Counted from the first letter of the stretch, positions 10,309-19,347 are shown. The stretch: 64,000 bases of DNA from Deltaproteobacteria bacterium (GCA_024275015.1 JAJRZW010000047.1:36328-100327); one strand, 5' to 3'. Notes: a model not told the origin generated them from the sequence alone. Program-made: numbers and translations.

Positions 10309-10953
10309 TTAAAACCGCAGCATCAGATCAAGGCCGAGGCTGCCGATGCGGTCAAGGACCCCGTCGTCGTCTTTGATCACAAACCAGTCATAGGCGAGGC
10401 GGAGACCCGCGTGCCTGGTAATGTCAACCATAAACCCGACCCCGAACCAGGGGTTGGTGCCGGAATCGCTGAAACTGACGCTTGTCCCGGAAAAGGTGGC
10501 GGTCTGGTCGAGATTCCAGGAATTAAGGCCGAAACGCAGGTATGGAATCAATATCTCCCGCCCGCTTTTATGGTTAAGACGGTTCAACGGCAGGGACAGG
10601 GTGATCCCGTAGGCCCAGGTATCGACATCTTCGCTGAGCTCGCCGTCGACGAGAAACACGTAAGCCTGGTTGTTAAGGGTAAAACCGCTGCCGGCGCCGC
10701 CCCGGAGAGAAGCGGCACCGAAATCGGCGCGCATGAGTTCAAGGCCAACGAAATCATTCAGCCGGGCGCCGAGAAAAAACCGCGCCCCGCTGTCGGAATC
10801 GTCAACACTGGCCCCGGCCGCCGGGGCCAGGTTGCTGTCAAAACTGTTCAGGCCGAGGCCGAGCCCGATATAGGGCGAGACCTCGGCCCGGCCCTTTACC
10901 GGCGTGATAACGCAGACCGCGGCGATGATGGCAAAAAACAGAAATTTCTTCAT
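10309..10953 (-). CDS. outer-membrane beta-barrel protein (OmpA-like/porin-family fold)
   Basis: 214 aa from ATG 10953 (GGAGGA RBS). It has signal peptide MKKFLFFAIIAAVCV, alternating Gly/aromatic strands and a C-terminal ...LMLRF. Confidence 0.75.
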   Translation of the reverse strand: MKKFLFFAIIAAVCVITPVKGRAEVSPYIGLGLGLNSFDSNLAPAAGASVDDSDSGARFFLGARLNDFVGLELMRADFGAASLRGGAGSGFTLNNQAYVFLVDGELSEDVDTWAYGITLSLPLNRLNHKSGREILIPYLRFGLNSWNLDQTATFSGTSVSFSDSGTNPWFGVGFMVDITRHAGLRLAYDWFVIKDDDGVLDRIGSLGLDLMLRF

Positions 10954-10975
10954 GGTAAATCCTCCTCGTTGATGG

Positions 10976-11162
10976 TTAATTCTGATGGCGTCGTAAGAAT
11001 TCCGATCTACTGCGTCGTAGCGCATTTTTGTTCCCTCGACATACCATATGTATGGTCTCGCTCACAAAAATACACTACTCCTTGTATATCGAAATTCTTA
11101 CTTAGCCATCCCGTGAATTGTTACGAGTTCATTAATTCTGATGGCGTCGTAAGAATTCCGAT
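10976..11162 (+). mobile_element. MITE-B copy bounded by a 31-bp perfect direct repeat
   Basis: TTAATTCTGATGGCGTCGTAAGAATTCCGAT occurs at 10976-11006 and 11132-11162. Left TIR TCGTAAGAATTCC pairs with the reverse complement of the right end, TCGTAACAATTCA. The core is homologous to 22276-22387. Confidence 0.75.
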
Positions 11163-11223
11163 TTTGTTTTAAGACGCCGGAGGGGGGAATCACAGCTTTG
11201 CAACGTTGCCGGAGACTGTTTCG

Positions 11224-11766
11224 ATGGAAAATATCCAACTTCTTGACGCTGATATCACCACCCTTGCGGTGGACGCGATCGTCAACGCCGCCAACCCGAC
11301 CCTTCTTGGCGGTGGCGGGGTGGACGGGGCCATTCACGCCGCCGCCGGACCCGGGCTTCTATCCGAATGTCGCCGGATCGGGGGCTGCCCCGTGGGCGGG
11401 GCGCGGATCACCTCCGGCCATGAACTTCCGGTCCGCTATGTGATTCACACCGTAGGCCCGGTATGGCGCGACGGCGGTAATAACGAAGAACAACTGCTCG
11501 CTTCCTGTTACCGTGAATGCTTCGCTCTGGCCCGTGAACACGGGATAAAAACCATCGCCTTTCCCGCGGTCGGCACCGGGGTTTACGGATTTCCGAAAGA
11601 GGCGGCCGCCCGGATCTGCGTCCGCGAATGCCGCGCCGCCCTTGAAGGGGAGAACGCCTGTCCGCAACGGATCATCCTCGTCTGCTTCAACCCCGCGACC
11701 AGGGCCGCGTATCTCGCGGCAATGCGCGGACCGGACCATGATTCAACCGGAGGTGTTTTTCCGTGA
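11224..11766 (+). CDS. ymdB: macro-domain protein (O-acetyl-ADP-ribose deacetylase-like)
   Basis: Macro-domain motifs DAIVNAAN, GGGGVDGAIH and IHTVGPVW. Confidence 0.9.
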   Translation: MENIQLLDADITTLAVDAIVNAANPTLLGGGGVDGAIHAAAGPGLLSECRRIGGCPVGGARITSGHELPVRYVIHTVGPVWRDGGNNEEQLLASCYRECFALAREHGIKTIAFPAVGTGVYGFPKEAAARICVRECRAALEGENACPQRIILVCFNPATRAAYLAAMRGPDHDSTGGVFP

Positions 11767-12506
11767 CCATAACCAGGACAGCCATGGCCATGGTCGTGAT
11801 CTTCTGGGCCGCGACCGCCGCTGCCGCCGAGATCCGGGTGGCGGTGGCCAGCAATTTCATCACCACCATCCGGATCCTGGGCAAACGGTTTGAGGCGAAA
11901 ACCGGGAATCGGGTGCGGCTGGTCTCCGGTTCCACCGGCAAACTCTACGCCCAGATCAGAAACGGCGCCCCCCTGACGGCATTTTTCGCCGCCGATGCCA
12001 GACGGCCCCGAATGCTTGAGCAGGAGGGAGTGGCCCTGGCGGGCAGCCGGTTCACTTACGCCTTCGGCAGGATAATTCTGTGGAGTCCGACAGCGGGACG
12101 GGTGGACCATGAAGGCCGGGTTCTGAACCGGGGCGATTTTCGCTATCTCTCCCTGGCCAATCCCAAACTCGCGCCCTATGGCCGGGCCGCCGAACAGATA
12201 TTACGCCACCGCGGACTGTGGCAGACATTACATGGGCGAATGGTGCGGGGAGAGAACATCGGCCAGGCCTTCCAGTTTGTCAACAGCGGCAACGCCGAAC
12301 TGGGTTTTGTCGCCCTCTCCCAGGTCATCTCGGCCGACGGTGGGATCAGGGGCTCATTCTGGAAGGTGCCGCGGACGCTCTATGACCCCATCGAACAACA
12401 GGCCGTGCTGCTGCGGGACAACAGGGTGGCGCGGGCATTTTTATCGTTTGTCAGGAGTGACACGGCAATGGCGATCATTAAAAAATCCGGATACGCAATC
12501 CCATGA
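11763..12506 (+). CDS. modA: molybdate ABC transporter substrate-binding protein
   Basis: 247 aa with a signal peptide and ModA-like SGSTGKLYAQIRNGAP...FFAAD. The GTG start overlaps the ymdB stop (GTGA). Confidence 0.9.
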   Translation: MTITRTAMAMVVIFWAATAAAAEIRVAVASNFITTIRILGKRFEAKTGNRVRLVSGSTGKLYAQIRNGAPLTAFFAADARRPRMLEQEGVALAGSRFTYAFGRIILWSPTAGRVDHEGRVLNRGDFRYLSLANPKLAPYGRAAEQILRHRGLWQTLHGRMVRGENIGQAFQFVNSGNAELGFVALSQVISADGGIRGSFWKVPRTLYDPIEQQAVLLRDNRVARAFLSFVRSDTAMAIIKKSGYAIP

Positions 12507-13186
12507 TTTACGGCAACCAAGACCTGGCCGCGCTGCTGATCACCCTGAAACTGGCGACCATGACCACCGGCATCCTCCTGTTGACCGGCACCCCCCTGGC
12601 TTGGTGGCTGGCGCGTTCCCGCCGGCGTTTCAAGTTTATCGCCGAGGCGGTGGTGGCACTGCCGCTGGTGCTGCCGCCCACGGTTCTCGGGTTCTATCTC
12701 CTCATTGCCCTGGGACCGCATGGTCCCATCGGCGCCATAATGACCGCCATGGGCGGCCGGCCGCTCGCGTTTACCTTTTCCGGCCTGGTGATCGGCTCGG
12801 CGATCTATTCCCTGCCGTTCGTGGTCCAGCCGTTACAGGACGCCTTCACCGCGGTGGGTGAACGACCGCTGGAGGTCGCCGCCACCCTGCGCGCCTCACC
12901 GATTGACCGTTTCTTCACCGTGGCCGTGCCCCTGGCCCGGCCCGGTTTTCTTACCGCCGCGGTCCTAGGTTTCGCCCACACCCTGGGGGAATTCGGGGTG
13001 GTATTGATGATCGGCGGCAATATCCCCGGCAGCACCCGGGTCATATCCATTGCCATCTACGATCATGTGGAATCCCTCGAATACGGCCAGGCCCATGCGC
13101 TCTCGGCCATCCTGCTGCTGTTTTCGTTCCTGCTGCTGATGACGGTCTATGGTCTCAACCATCGGTTCAAAAGGGTACGGCCATGA
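12503..13186 (+). CDS. modB: molybdate ABC transporter permease
   Basis: 227 aa multi-TM protein with an ABC permease EAA-like loop. Translationally coupled to modA and modC. Confidence 0.92.
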   Translation: MIYGNQDLAALLITLKLATMTTGILLLTGTPLAWWLARSRRRFKFIAEAVVALPLVLPPTVLGFYLLIALGPHGPIGAIMTAMGGRPLAFTFSGLVIGSAIYSLPFVVQPLQDAFTAVGERPLEVAATLRASPIDRFFTVAVPLARPGFLTAAVLGFAHTLGEFGVVLMIGGNIPGSTRVISIAIYDHVESLEYGQAHALSAILLLFSFLLLMTVYGLNHRFKRVRP

Positions 13187-14250
13187 GTATCAAAGCCCGT
13201 TTCCATATCGACCGGGGCGCATTCTCCCTCGACGTTGACCTCACGATCCCCAATCGGGGGGTAACCGCGATCTTCGGCCCCTCGGGCTGCGGCAAGACCA
13301 CGCTGCTGCGGGCCATCGCCGGTCTGGAAACAAATCACCGCGGCTACCTGAGGATCGGCGACGAGGTCTGGCAGGACGAGCACAGATTCCTTGCCCCCCA
13401 CAAACGTCACCTCGGCTATGTGTTTCAGGAACCAAGCCTGTTTGATCATCTGAGCGTGCGGGGCAATCTCGAATACGGGTTAAAACGGCGGCCGGAGGGA
13501 GCGGAAAAGATCTCGCTGGACCGGGCCGTGACTCTGCTGGGGATCGGCGACCTGCTGGACCGCAGGCCCTGCCGGCTTTCCGGGGGAGAGCAGCAACGGG
13601 TGGCCATCGCCCGGGCCCTGGCGGTGAGTCCGGCGATACTGCTTCTCGACGAGCCCCTGGCGGCCCTGGACATGAAACGCAGGCAGGAGATCATGCCCTA
13701 TCTGGAATCACTGCCGCGCGAGCTTGATATTCCATTGCTCTATGTCAGCCATTCCCGGGACGAGGTCGCCCGCCTGGCCGACCATCTGATTCTGCTTGCC
13801 GACGGCCGGGTGCAGGCCGCGGGGCCCCTCGGAGACCTGTTCTCCCGCCCCGATCTTGACCTGGCCCACGGACCGGAGGCCGAGACCGTGATCAAAACGA
13901 CCATTGCCGCCCACGACGATGAATTCGCCCTGAGCTTACTCGATTTCCCCGGCGGCCGTTTTACCGTGGCCCGCCACCACAGGCCCGTGGGCGCCTCGGT
14001 CAGACTGCGGATAAAGGCCCGGGCGGTCAGCCTTACCCTTGAGCGTCAGACCGGGACCAGTATCCTGAATATATTCCCTGCCACCGTGGACCGTATGCGC
14101 CCCGAAGGAGAGACGAGAAACATTGTCCGGCTGATGATCGGCCCGGTGCCGATACTGGCAAAGATAACCCGGAAATCCGCGGTTGATCTTGAGATTTCGC
14201 CCGGGAAAAAGGTCTACGCCCAGATAAAAAGCGTTGCCCTGTTAAGCTGA
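13183..14250 (+). CDS. modC: molybdate ABC transporter ATP-binding protein
   Basis: Walker A GPSGCGKTT, signature LSGGEQQR, Walker B LLLDEP, and a C-terminal TOBE-like (molybdate-binding) domain. Confidence 0.92.
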   Translation: MSIKARFHIDRGAFSLDVDLTIPNRGVTAIFGPSGCGKTTLLRAIAGLETNHRGYLRIGDEVWQDEHRFLAPHKRHLGYVFQEPSLFDHLSVRGNLEYGLKRRPEGAEKISLDRAVTLLGIGDLLDRRPCRLSGGEQQRVAIARALAVSPAILLLDEPLAALDMKRRQEIMPYLESLPRELDIPLLYVSHSRDEVARLADHLILLADGRVQAAGPLGDLFSRPDLDLAHGPEAETVIKTTIAAHDDEFALSLLDFPGGRFTVARHHRPVGASVRLRIKARAVSLTLERQTGTSILNIFPATVDRMRPEGETRNIVRLMIGPVPILAKITRKSAVDLEISPGKKVYAQIKSVALLS

Positions 14251-14285
14251 AGTGGGCCTTGTTACCTGAAATCAGAGATTCGATC

Positions 14286-15188
14286 ATGACGACGAATAAA
14301 TTTCCCCGGATCGATCCGGAAAAATGCACTGGCTGCGGCCTGTGTGTTCCGGTCTGTCCGGATCACACCCTTGTAATCCGTGCGGAAAAGGCGCAGGTTG
14401 GCGGTAAACGCTGCATGGGCTGCGGTCATTGCGTTGCCGCCTGCCCGCAAAAGGCGCTGACCCTGCCGCGCCGCTGCGGCCTCGACTTTGAGACCATAAG
14501 CCCTGGGAAAAAATGGCTGCCCCCGGGCGCGATCGACCCGGGCGAGTTTATCCGCTTCCTCGCCTCGCGGCGCAGCTGCCGCAATTACCGAAAAAAAAAG
14601 GTGGCCGCGCCCCTGCTGCGCGACCTGGTCCGCGGCGCGATCACCGCCCCGTCGGGAACCAACAGCCAGAAATGGGGTTTTCACCTCATCCCCGACCGCG
14701 GGGGGGTGGAGAGATTGGGAGAAACGGTGGCCGGATTCTACCGCCGGATCAATAAAATGGCGGCAAACCCGTTGCTGCGCCTTGCCGACCGGGTCTTCGG
14801 CCACGGCACTCTTGAGAATTATTACCGCCGCCACGCCGCCACCGTGGCCGAGGCTCTGGCCGCCTGGGACACCGGGGACCGCGACCTCCTCTTTCACGGC
14901 GCCCCGGCCCTGGTGATCATCACCTCCCTTCCCGGGGCGAGCTGCCCGGCCGAAGACGCCATCCTTGCCGGCTCCCACCTGATGCTCACCGCCCACGCCA
15001 TTGGCCTTTCCACCTGCATGATCGGTTTCGCGGTCGAGGCGATGAAACGACAACATGGCATCGCCGCCGGGATAGGGATCAAAGAAGAAGAAAAGATCCA
15101 CGCCGTGATCACGGTGGGATACGGCAAAGAGACATACAGCCGCACCTGCGAACGGAAACCTCCCGCCCTCAGGATCATCGGGGTATGA
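14286..15188 (+). CDS. nitroreductase-family protein with N-terminal 2x[4Fe-4S] ferredoxin domain
   Basis: Ferredoxin motifs CTGCGLCVPVCP and CMGCGHCVAACP are followed by a nitroreductase-like region (RRSCRNY...). Confidence 0.85.
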   Translation: MTTNKFPRIDPEKCTGCGLCVPVCPDHTLVIRAEKAQVGGKRCMGCGHCVAACPQKALTLPRRCGLDFETISPGKKWLPPGAIDPGEFIRFLASRRSCRNYRKKKVAAPLLRDLVRGAITAPSGTNSQKWGFHLIPDRGGVERLGETVAGFYRRINKMAANPLLRLADRVFGHGTLENYYRRHAATVAEALAAWDTGDRDLLFHGAPALVIITSLPGASCPAEDAILAGSHLMLTAHAIGLSTCMIGFAVEAMKRQHGIAAGIGIKEEEKIHAVITVGYGKETYSRTCERKPPALRIIGV

Positions 15189-15194
15189 TCAGGG

Positions 15195-15266
15195 ATAGCG
15201 CTCAATAATACCCTTGTATATTACGGGTTTCGAGCACGCGCGGCATGGGGTTCATGGAGCGCTTAT
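15195..15266. mobile_element. MITE-A copy (72 bp; TIR about TAAGCGMTC) with perfect 9-bp TSD TGATCAGGG
   Basis: Direct repeats lie at 15186-15194 and 15267-15275. The ends are ATAGCGCTC and GAGCGCTTAT (inverted). Homologous to 22451-22606 and 45953-46033. Confidence 0.8.
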
Positions 15267-15269
15267 TGA

Positions 15270-15743
15270 TCAGGGCTCGAGGGTAGAGGCGAAACGCCGT
15301 TTCGGAGTCAGGGTGTGGTCAATGGAAAAAAGGCCGCCACCGCGAAAAAACAGGGCCAGACACATGCCGATGACCAGGATATGATACTCAAATCCTTCCC
15401 CGGCCTGGTTTCCGAACCAGTTCATGAAAAAACCGTTCTGGACATGATTGGTGAACATGCAGACGGTGATCGCGGTGCCGATTGCCAGGGCCGCGATTCG
15501 GGTAAGAAAACCGCAGAAGAGTAAAAGCGGGCCAATGATCTCGGTGGCCATAAGGAGGAATATCGCCAGAGGGGTCATGCCGGCGACGGCAAGGGCCTTG
15601 AAGGTCGCGTCCATACCGGCGCCGCCGAACCAGCCCAGGACCTTCTGGCCTCCATGGGCAAATATCACCGCAGCCAGTGCCATCCGGATAAAAAACTGGG
15701 CCGAACTGCTGTCGGTACGGGCGATTTTATCAAGCATCTCCAC
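15270..15743 (-). CDS. DoxX-family membrane protein
   Basis: 157 aa with four TM segments and DoxX-like sequence (AHGGQKVLGWFGG). Confidence 0.85.
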   Translation of the reverse strand: MEMLDKIARTDSSSAQFFIRMALAAVIFAHGGQKVLGWFGGAGMDATFKALAVAGMTPLAIFLLMATEIIGPLLLFCGFLTRIAALAIGTAITVCMFTNHVQNGFFMNWFGNQAGEGFEYHILVIGMCLALFFRGGGLFSIDHTLTPKRRFASTLEP

Positions 15744-16024
15744 CTCCCTGCGGTAAAAAATGGCCGGAGGACCTGTTCATTTAAACCCAGAAACTCCTGT
15801 CACCTTACAAGGACTGAAAAAAAAATCAAGAACACGGTCAGGCCATGAGCCACCTTCAAGTGATACGGCCGCATCTGCGGTCGTATCACTTGACCCTAAT
15901 GGCCGGCCTTGCCGCTGATACAGGAAGTTCGCTTGCAGGTATGCAATTATTTGAAAGTATAGAGGTCTTTATCCTGTTCGCCATTCAGGCGGTGAATTTA
16001 GGTCAGGCAGACAATGGATTCATG

Positions 16025-16774
16025 TCAGTGTTTAACCACGGCGATCACCGCCATAAATGAAATCCCGAGGATAAAAAGGAGGAAATTAATGATATTGACG
16101 CCGAGTTTCTCGTGGCGATTGATCTCCGGGACCAGGTCGGAGGCACCGATATAAATAAACTGTCCCGCGGCCATGGGCACCAGGAAAGTGACATCAATGC
16201 TGTGGGAACCAAACCAGGCCAGCAGCCCCCCGGCCAGGAAGGGAAGGTCGGAAAGGAAATTATACAGCAGGGCCTGACGCCGCGACCAACCGGAATGGAC
16301 CAGGACCGCGAAATCGCCTAACTCTTTGGGGACCTCATGGGCCACCGCCAGAAGCCAGATGGTGATCCCGAGGCGGATATCAACGACAAAGGCGCCGCCG
16401 ACGGCAAGACCGGCCAGGAGATGATGGAGACAGTCACCGACGATCACCAGGTAACCCATGGGGTCCTTGCAGACCGCCGAGGCCCGGTTGCAGTGGTGCC
16501 AGTGGATCAACTGTTCAAGGGCGAAAAAAAGCGAAAACCCGGCCGCGACCCAGATGAAGAACGACAGGGAATTGCCGTAGGATTCAAGGCCTTCGGGCAT
16601 CATATGCAAAAGCGCCCCGCCGATCATGGTCCCCGCGGCCAGGGCCACCAGGGGCCGCATCAGCCGTTTAAGGGTATTGTCGCCGCCAAGGCCGAACAGG
16701 TATAAAAGTCCGCCTTCAAGGGAAATTAGCGCCATCACCACCCCGGCGGTAATTATCCATCCAAGCGGACTCAC
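16025..16774 (-). CDS. ZIP-family divalent metal transporter (ZupT-like)
   Basis: 249 aa multi-TM protein with ZIP metal-site motif HEVPKELGDFAVL. Confidence 0.88.
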   Translation of the reverse strand: MSPLGWIITAGVVMALISLEGGLLYLFGLGGDNTLKRLMRPLVALAAGTMIGGALLHMMPEGLESYGNSLSFFIWVAAGFSLFFALEQLIHWHHCNRASAVCKDPMGYLVIVGDCLHHLLAGLAVGGAFVVDIRLGITIWLLAVAHEVPKELGDFAVLVHSGWSRRQALLYNFLSDLPFLAGGLLAWFGSHSIDVTFLVPMAAGQFIYIGASDLVPEINRHEKLGVNIINFLLFILGISFMAVIAVVKH

Positions 16775-17442
16775 TTGAGCGCCGCCTCCTTTACCGCCTC
16801 AAGACCGATACGCTCAACAAAACGGGCGGTGCGTTCACGTTTTTTCCCATGGTCGCGATAGAGTTCAATCAGGCGGACAACCAGATCAATTGCCGCCCCA
16901 TCGTCAAGGCCTGAGGCCAGTTTATCCCCCTGGCGCACCCGGCTGCCGGCGTTGCCGCCAAAGGAAACGGTCCAGCCCTTCTTGCTCCCGGTAAGGCCGA
17001 TATCGCGCACCAGGCTCTCGCCGCAGCTCAGGGGACAGCCGGATACCCCGACCTTGAGCTTGGCCGGCAGGTCCATACCGCTTAATTTTTTCTCAAGTTC
17101 CATCCCCATGCCGAGGGAATCACGCATCCCGTAGCGGCAGACCGCGGTGCCGGGACAGGCCTGGACGTAATGAAGACAAAGCTCGGTGGCCCGACCGATG
17201 TCAAGGCCAAGCTCGCGCCAGACCGCGCCTACCTCTTCCTCTTTTATCCCCACCAGGGCCATACGCTGGCCGGAGGTGATTTTAATGATCGGGATCTCGA
17301 ATTTACGCGCTACCCGGGCAATGTTTTCAAGGATCTCCGGGGTCAACAATCCCGCCGGGGTCCGGGGGACAATGGCGTAGGTCTCCTTGTCGCGCTGGAG
17401 GATGGCTCCGTCAAGTTCATGGTTCATGGTCTCTGTCTCCAT
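16771..17442 (-). CDS. small nitrite/sulfite-reductase-like hemoprotein (low-molecular-weight assimilatory-type SiR-like)
   Basis: 223 aa carrying the siroheme-[4Fe-4S] cysteine pattern CPGTAVC ... CPLSC. Confidence 0.8.
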   Translation of the reverse strand: METETMNHELDGAILQRDKETYAIVPRTPAGLLTPEILENIARVARKFEIPIIKITSGQRMALVGIKEEEVGAVWRELGLDIGRATELCLHYVQACPGTAVCRYGMRDSLGMGMELEKKLSGMDLPAKLKVGVSGCPLSCGESLVRDIGLTGSKKGWTVSFGGNAGSRVRQGDKLASGLDDGAAIDLVVRLIELYRDHGKKRERTARFVERIGLEAVKEAALK

Positions 17443-17443
17443 T

Positions 17444-17692
17444 TCAAGGCCTGTGTTTATCGAGAATTTTTTTCAGATCACGGCCGCCTCCGGCAATGGC
17501 GCGGCCGACTTTCTCAAGGGCTCTGCCTTCGGTCCGGCGAATTTTTGCGGCAATGGTCTTTCTGGTAAAGGGACTGGAAAACAGCGGAAGGCCGCGGCTA
17601 TAATTATAGCCCATGATCCCGCCGGCAATAAGACCGGCGGCAAGACCGGCGACAAAAATGGTGAGACGACGCGGCAGCAGCATGGAGATCAA
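17444..17692 (-). CDS. small membrane-anchored protein (one TM helix, basic tail)
   Basis: 82 aa whose start and stop are tightly packed between neighbouring genes (4-nt overlap upstream). No family recognised. Confidence 0.45.
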   Translation of the reverse strand: MISMLLPRRLTIFVAGLAAGLIAGGIMGYNYSRGLPLFSSPFTRKTIAAKIRRTEGRALEKVGRAIAGGGRDLKKILDKHRP

Positions 17693-18339
17693 CCGCCAAA
17701 GGCCTTTTTGATCTTTTTAAACAAGCCCACCGAGCTTGAAAGGCCACTGATGGAACGGGTCTCTTCCACCAGTTTTTCCTCATCCTTAAGCAGGTATTTA
17801 TCAATATCGTGGGGAAACTTCTGCCCGGTCTGGGAACAGACAGTGGCGAGCAGGTGGGTATAGGCGTTGAGCCGGGCCGAGGTCTTGCGCATGTTCTCGC
17901 TTAAAAAGCGGGCAAAACCGATGAGGATTTTGATCCCGATATATGGATGTTTTTCGAGGATGAGCTTGAATCCGCTCTGGGCCAGAACCGCGAGGGTGAC
18001 CTCATTTTTGGCCCGAACCGTGGCCGAACGCGGGGTACGGTCGATCATGCTCATCTCGCCGATGGAATACCCCTGTCCCAGGGTGGTGATAATAATCTTG
18101 GTGCCGGTGATTGATTTCTTCATGATCTCAACATCGCCTTCGACCACGAAACAGACGTACTGACCAATATCACCTTCCTCAAACAGGGTCTCGCCGCTTT
18201 TGAGCTCATAAAGGCTCATATAATTGATGATAACCGCGATTTCGTCATCGGAGAGTTCACTGAACATCTCGATCTTGCCCAGGGCCAGCAGCAGGGCGCT
18301 CTTGTTCTTCCACAGATCGATTTTGCGTTTATCGGCCAT
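17689..18339 (-). CDS. cyclic-nucleotide-binding domain protein without recognisable DNA-binding domain
   Basis: cNMP-binding beta-roll (FEEGDIGQYVCFVVEGDV ... IGEMSMIDRTPRSATV). The C-terminus has no HTH and ends in the amphipathic segment GLFKKIKKAFGG. Confidence 0.8.
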   Translation of the reverse strand: MADKRKIDLWKNKSALLLALGKIEMFSELSDDEIAVIINYMSLYELKSGETLFEEGDIGQYVCFVVEGDVEIMKKSITGTKIIITTLGQGYSIGEMSMIDRTPRSATVRAKNEVTLAVLAQSGFKLILEKHPYIGIKILIGFARFLSENMRKTSARLNAYTHLLATVCSQTGQKFPHDIDKYLLKDEEKLVEETRSISGLSSSVGLFKKIKKAFGG

Positions 18340-18372
18340 TTCGTTACTCCAGCATAATTACGTCCCGTAAAT

Positions 18373-19347
18373 TCAACGGGTTACGGAAAGAACCATATTG
18401 TCAAGTCCGGCGAAAAAGGAAGTAAGATTACCTGCTCGCAGAAGTTTACGCAAGGACCGATCAAGCTCGGCTACCCTGATGTATGAGATCACCGCCTTAA
18501 GTTTGGTCAGAACCTGTTGATCGCCGGAAAACATGACGGCATATTTATCATAAAGGAGGCGAAGGAAACAGGAGATTTCAGCGGCCCGGGTAGCCGGATC
18601 GACAACGGCGGCGGCCCGACCGCTAATACGCTTGAAAAGCATGGGGTCGCTTATGGCGCCGCGGCCAAGCATCAGCCCCGCGGGATTGCACAGTTCCCGC
18701 ACCCTTTCCGCGTCTTCGACGGTACGGATATCGCCGTTGGCGATCACCGGCAGCGGGGTCTCGCGCACCACCCGGGCGGTGATCCGGTGATCGGCGTCTC
18801 CCTTATACTTCTGGGCCACGGTACGGGGATGGAGGATGAGAAAGTCAACCTGCCGGTCAACAAAAATATCAAGGAGGGAAAGGATCTCCCCGGGGTCGGA
18901 GAAACCGGCGCGGCACTTTACCGACAGGCTGCCCGGCACCAGGGGACGGATGGCGGCGAGAACGGCCTTGATCTCGTCTGAATCCCGCAACAGGGCGCCG
19001 CCGCCGGAGTTGACAGTCATCCGTCCAAAGGGACAGCCCAGATTGAGGTTTATATGCCCGGCCCCGGCAGCGACCGCGGCCTTTGCCGCCCCGGCCAGAT
19101 CCGAGGGTTTGCGACCGATGAGCTGTACCACTTGCGGCACCGCGAAACTGCTCGCGGCCTCAATCGTATCGACCGCGCTTATCAGCCGTCTCGACCCGGC
19201 CCGAACCCGGACAAATTCGGTAAAGACCACGTCCGGAGCGGCCCACTCAACCATCACCGCCCGCATGGCCCGGTTGGTCAGGCCCTGCATCGGCGCCAGC
19301 ATCAGGGGGAAAGTGTTATCCCAGGGCAAGGCCATTTCAATGTTCAC
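18373..19347 (-). CDS. tRNA-dihydrouridine synthase
   Basis: 324 aa with Dus-family motifs LAPMQGLTN and INLNLGCP. Confidence 0.9.
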   Translation of the reverse strand: MNIEMALPWDNTFPLMLAPMQGLTNRAMRAVMVEWAAPDVVFTEFVRVRAGSRRLISAVDTIEAASSFAVPQVVQLIGRKPSDLAGAAKAAVAAGAGHINLNLGCPFGRMTVNSGGGALLRDSDEIKAVLAAIRPLVPGSLSVKCRAGFSDPGEILSLLDIFVDRQVDFLILHPRTVAQKYKGDADHRITARVVRETPLPVIANGDIRTVEDAERVRELCNPAGLMLGRGAISDPMLFKRISGRAAAVVDPATRAAEISCFLRLLYDKYAVMFSGDQQVLTKLKAVISYIRVAELDRSLRKLLRAGNLTSFFAGLDNMVLSVTR

